Position numbers and translations under genes: made by a program. The notes under the pieces are model-generated. The model had not been told where the DNA came from and did no database searches. It saw only the letters and a list, made by a program, of their open reading frames with translations. Positions 60,901 to 64,000 of a DNA stretch of 64,000 bases are shown here, piece after piece. Source of the stretch: Balanoglossus misakiensis (taxonomy: Eukaryota > Animalia > Hemichordata); contig CM082578.2 of NCBI GenBank assembly GCA_040954595.2, positions 4,012,831 to 4,076,830 of the forward strand, given 5' to 3'. Position 1 is the first letter of the stretch. Each line of letters starts with the position of its first letter.

Positions 60901-63103
60901 TTACAAGCAGCCCAGTGTTCTGCGCGCGATCTACACTGCCTTGGAATACCTTTTCTCGTACACTAAGCGAAAGAACCATCTTCAGTTTTCCTCTCAGTCG
61001 ATTATAATTTCTTTCCGTCCGAACACAGAATATACTGACATTTTGTAAAGCTTCATAAAATGTACGTCAATCGCAGTCTGCCTCCACGAGAGCGAGGATG
61101 ATTACTGTACATGGCAGTGGTACTTCTATCTTCCGGGCCCAGCTTACAAGCAGCCCAGTGTTCTGCGCGCGATCTACACTGCCTGGGAATACCTTTTCTC
61201 GTACACTAAGCGAAAGAACCATCTTCAGTTTTCCTCTCAGTCGATTATAATTTCTTTCCGTCCGAACACAGAATATACTGACATTTTGTAAAGCTTCATA
61301 AAATGTACGTCAATCGCAGTCTGCCTCCACGAGAGCGAGGATGATTATTGTACACGGCAGTGGTACTTCTATCTTCCGGGCCCAGCTTACAAGCTGCCCG
61401 GTGTTCTGCGCGCGATCTACACTGCCTGGGAATACCTGTTCTCGTACGCTAAGCGAAAGAACCATCTTCAGTTTTCCTCTCAGTCGATTATAATTTCTTT
61501 CCGTCCGAACACAGAATATACTGACATTTTGTAAAGCTTCATAAAATGTACGACGTCAATCGAGGTCTGCCTCCACGAGAGCAAGGATGATTACTGTACA
61601 CGGCAGTGGTACTTCTATCTTCCGGGCCCAGCTTACAAGCAGCCCAGTGTTCTGCGCGCGATCTACACTGCCTGGGAATACCTTTTCTCGTACGCTCAGC
61701 GAAAGAACCATCTTCAGTTTTCCTCTCAGTCGATTATAATTTCTTTCCGTCCGAACACAGAATATACTGACATTTTGTAAAGCTTCATAAAATGTACGTC
61801 AATCGAGGTCTGCCTCCACGAGAGCTAGGATGATTACTGTACACGGCAGTGGTACTTCTATCTTCCGGGCACAGCTTACAAGCAGCCCAGTGTTCTGCGC
61901 GCGATCTACACTGCCTGGGAATACCTTTTCTCGTACGCATAGCGAAAGAACCATCTTCAGTTTTCCTCTCAGTCGATTATAATTTCTTTCCGTCCGAACA
62001 CAGAATATACTGACATTTTGTAAAGCTTCATAAAATGCACGACGTCAATCGAGGTCTGCCTCCACGAGAGCGAGGATGATTACTGTACACGGCAGTGGTA
62101 CTTCTATCTTCCGGGCCCAGCTTACAAGCAGCCCAGTGTTCTGATCTGCGCGCGATCTACACTGCCTGGGAATACCTGTTCTCGTACGCTAAGCAAAGAA
62201 CCATCTTCAGTTTTCCTCTCAGTCGATTATAATTTCTTTCCGTCCGAACACAGAATATACTGACATTTTGTAAAGCTTCATAAAATGTACGTCAATCGAG
62301 GTCTGCCTCCACGAGAGCGAGGATGTTTACTGTACACGGCAGTTGTACTTTTATCTTCCGGGCCCAGCTTACAAACAGCCCGGTGTTCTGTGCGCGATCT
62401 GCACTACCTGGGAATACTTTTTCTCGTACACAAATCCAAAGAACCATCTTCAGTTTTCCTTTTAGTCGATTATAATTTCTTTCCGTCCGAACACAGAATA
62501 TACTGACATTTTGTAAAGCTTCATAAAATGTATGTCAATCGAGGTCTGCCTCCACGAGAGCGAGGATGATTACTGTACACGGCAGTTGTACTTCTATCTT
62601 CCGGGCCCAGATTACAAGCTGCCTGGTGTTCTGCGCGCGATCTACACTGCCTGGGAATACCTTTTCTCGTACGCTAAGCGAAAGAACTATCTTCGTTGTA
62701 GGGAGTTATTTTTCATACCAAACAGTGTAAGAATCCCCAAGTAAGGTTTTAACCAGGGACCGTTCAGTTTTTACGGCTGGGGGCGGCAAAATCCAGGGGA
62801 GGTCACTTAAAGTTTGATGTCCAAAAGGGGGTCATCTTTTTTTAAATCGTTTAGGGGGAGTCCTCAAAATTGCAGTTTCGCGCCCTTTATTTTACAAACA
62901 CATTAGAAGATTCTAGGTTTGTCACTTCATTACACCCCATTGCTGACGTTTTCCGATCTCGAACTTGTGACACAGACTTTGGTCGCCGCCATCTTCTCTG
63001 CTGTTAGGACAGAGCACTGCCTTATTGGATTGACTGTTCACTAAACGTCTGTGACCGAGGCTACGGCTGGAACATGGCATGCGTGTGAGACGAGCTACGC
63101 GCT
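57982..63103. mobile_element. 5.1-kb TTAA-flanked Kolobok-like non-autonomous element carrying a satellite array
   Basis: TTAA|agcgggtagatcgtct...agacgagctacgcgct|TTAA (14/16 TIR match); removal restores the in-frame Pao text KFPALIVWKAHKLMLHEG. Confidence 0.75.
59530..62695 (+). repeat. Satellite array, ~13 copies of a 243-bp unit
   Basis: gcgaaagaaccatcttc recurs at 59749, 59992, ... ~62678; interior copies near identical, edge copies more diverged. Confidence 0.97.
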
Positions 63104-63329
63104 TTAACGCGGGGAACTTCGTGACGAAGTCAAGCGCTGCATTATGAATTCTACTGCCCCAACGAAGTACGTCATCTTCGTCTACGAACAAGTTCAGTTG
63201 TCGGACGATAGGGGCACGTTTACTCAAGTTCAACTAAACAGATTGGACAGTGTCCCTATAATACTGGTATTGTACAGCTTTAACTTGCTCCACTATCAAA
63301 TTTGACACAAGCACAGTCTACATTTCCAC

Positions 63330-63920
63330 CAGATGACAACCAGCTGTATCTTTCATTTTCTCATCGTGACTCTCCCTCAGCCCTGTCTTCGATTGAAACC
63401 TGCATTCTCGATATCATGGAATGGATGACCCATAATAAACTCCAGCTCAATGACAGTAAAACCGAAGTGCTTCTGATTCACTCCAAGTTTAACAGCTCAC
63501 CTGATCCTGTTAACAGTGTCAACATTGGTTCCACTTCTGTCACACCAGTTTAATCTGCTCGCAATATTGACATGATCTTCGTACACCTGCAAATCGATCT
63601 ACAGTCACCTTCGCCGAATTGGATCTATACGACGTTACATCACCAACGAGACTTGTCGGAATTTTAGCCAAACTTGACTACTGTAACTCACTCCTGCATG
63701 GTCTCCCGGAAAACACAATCGCCTTATTACACAAATAGCTCTGAACACTACAGCCAGAATAGTCATACAAACCTGGAGACTTTCAAAAGAAAACTGAAAA
63801 CTCATATGTTCAAAAGAGCATACAGTGTGGTTTAACCATGAGCGTCATTGGCAAAATTTCTTGTTTTGGATTTTGGCGCTTTATAAACCTTTGTTTGTTT
63901 GTTTGTTTGTTGGTTGGTTG
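63330..63920 (+). mobile_element. Decayed 3' fragment of an L2 LINE
   Basis: DDNQLYLSF..WMTHNKLQLNDSKTEVLLI, LDYCNSLL, FKKKLKTHMF, ggcgctttataaa plus (tttg)n tail. Confidence 0.8.
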
Positions 63921-64000
63921 TGATTCTGTTCATTCTTCCGTGCATTATATAGGTAGGTTTCCGCAACCGCGCGATGAATCGGAGAACGTAAGTTGTCACT

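Larger units (their letters stand above)
56472..63240 (-). mobile_element. Bel/Pao LTR retrotransposon remnant (integrase region, possible 3' LTR ~56472-56704), split by a 5.1-kb insertion
   Basis: LNLFVDEDDVLR..RIHNA (63108-63233); H..MLHEG..WIPK, PFSVTDLDFTG, YICLFTCAVTRAVNLELV, SDNAS, LTPNHLL, FWRRWSPEYL (56720-57977). Confidence 0.85.

Noticed and set aside
59489-62744. 243-bp unit (81 codons) as a coding repeat or hammerhead-ribozyme retrozyme
   Set aside because: Nearly every unit has an in-frame TAA in the longest frame; minus-strand CTGAAGA..GAAA lacks a credible stem II

Overview
AT-rich animal genomic DNA with spliceosomal introns, most likely a marine invertebrate deuterostome such as a hemichordate or echinoderm (inferred from repeat families only). 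Most of the window is nested transposable elements, many with boundaries I could read from terminal repeats and target-site duplications (TSDs). (1) A 6.7-kb PHIS-group (PIF/Harbinger-ISL2EU-Spy) DNA transposon at 2282-8945 has 246-bp terminal inverted repeats (TIRs) and a CATG/AT target. It encodes an IS5/ISL2-like DDE transposase and a divergent, spliced Myb-like/proline-rich partner gene, and it carries an L2-type LINE. (2) An RTEX-like LINE is split by a mini-AcademH. (3) A single L1/Tx1 LINE (16-bp TSD) is interrupted by a complete Ngaro tyrosine-recombinase retrotransposon and an abutting tandem train of hairpin-ended Crypton-like elements. (4) A 4.7-kb composite element holds nested Kolobok- and Harbinger-type MITEs. 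(5) A Bel/Pao remnant is split by a 5.1-kb TTAA-flanked element carrying a 13 x 243-bp satellite. There are also IS3EU-like and 9-bp-TSD MITEs and two tiny perfect palindromes with 7-bp TSDs that look like P-element excision footprints. Host-gene content is an SLC16/MCT transporter (minus strand, C-terminus not found), a decaying C-type-lectin cluster, a mitochondrial-clan CYP exon-1 relic, a BEN-domain relic, and two phase-compatible orphan exons. All family assignments come from motif recognition by eye, not from database searches.
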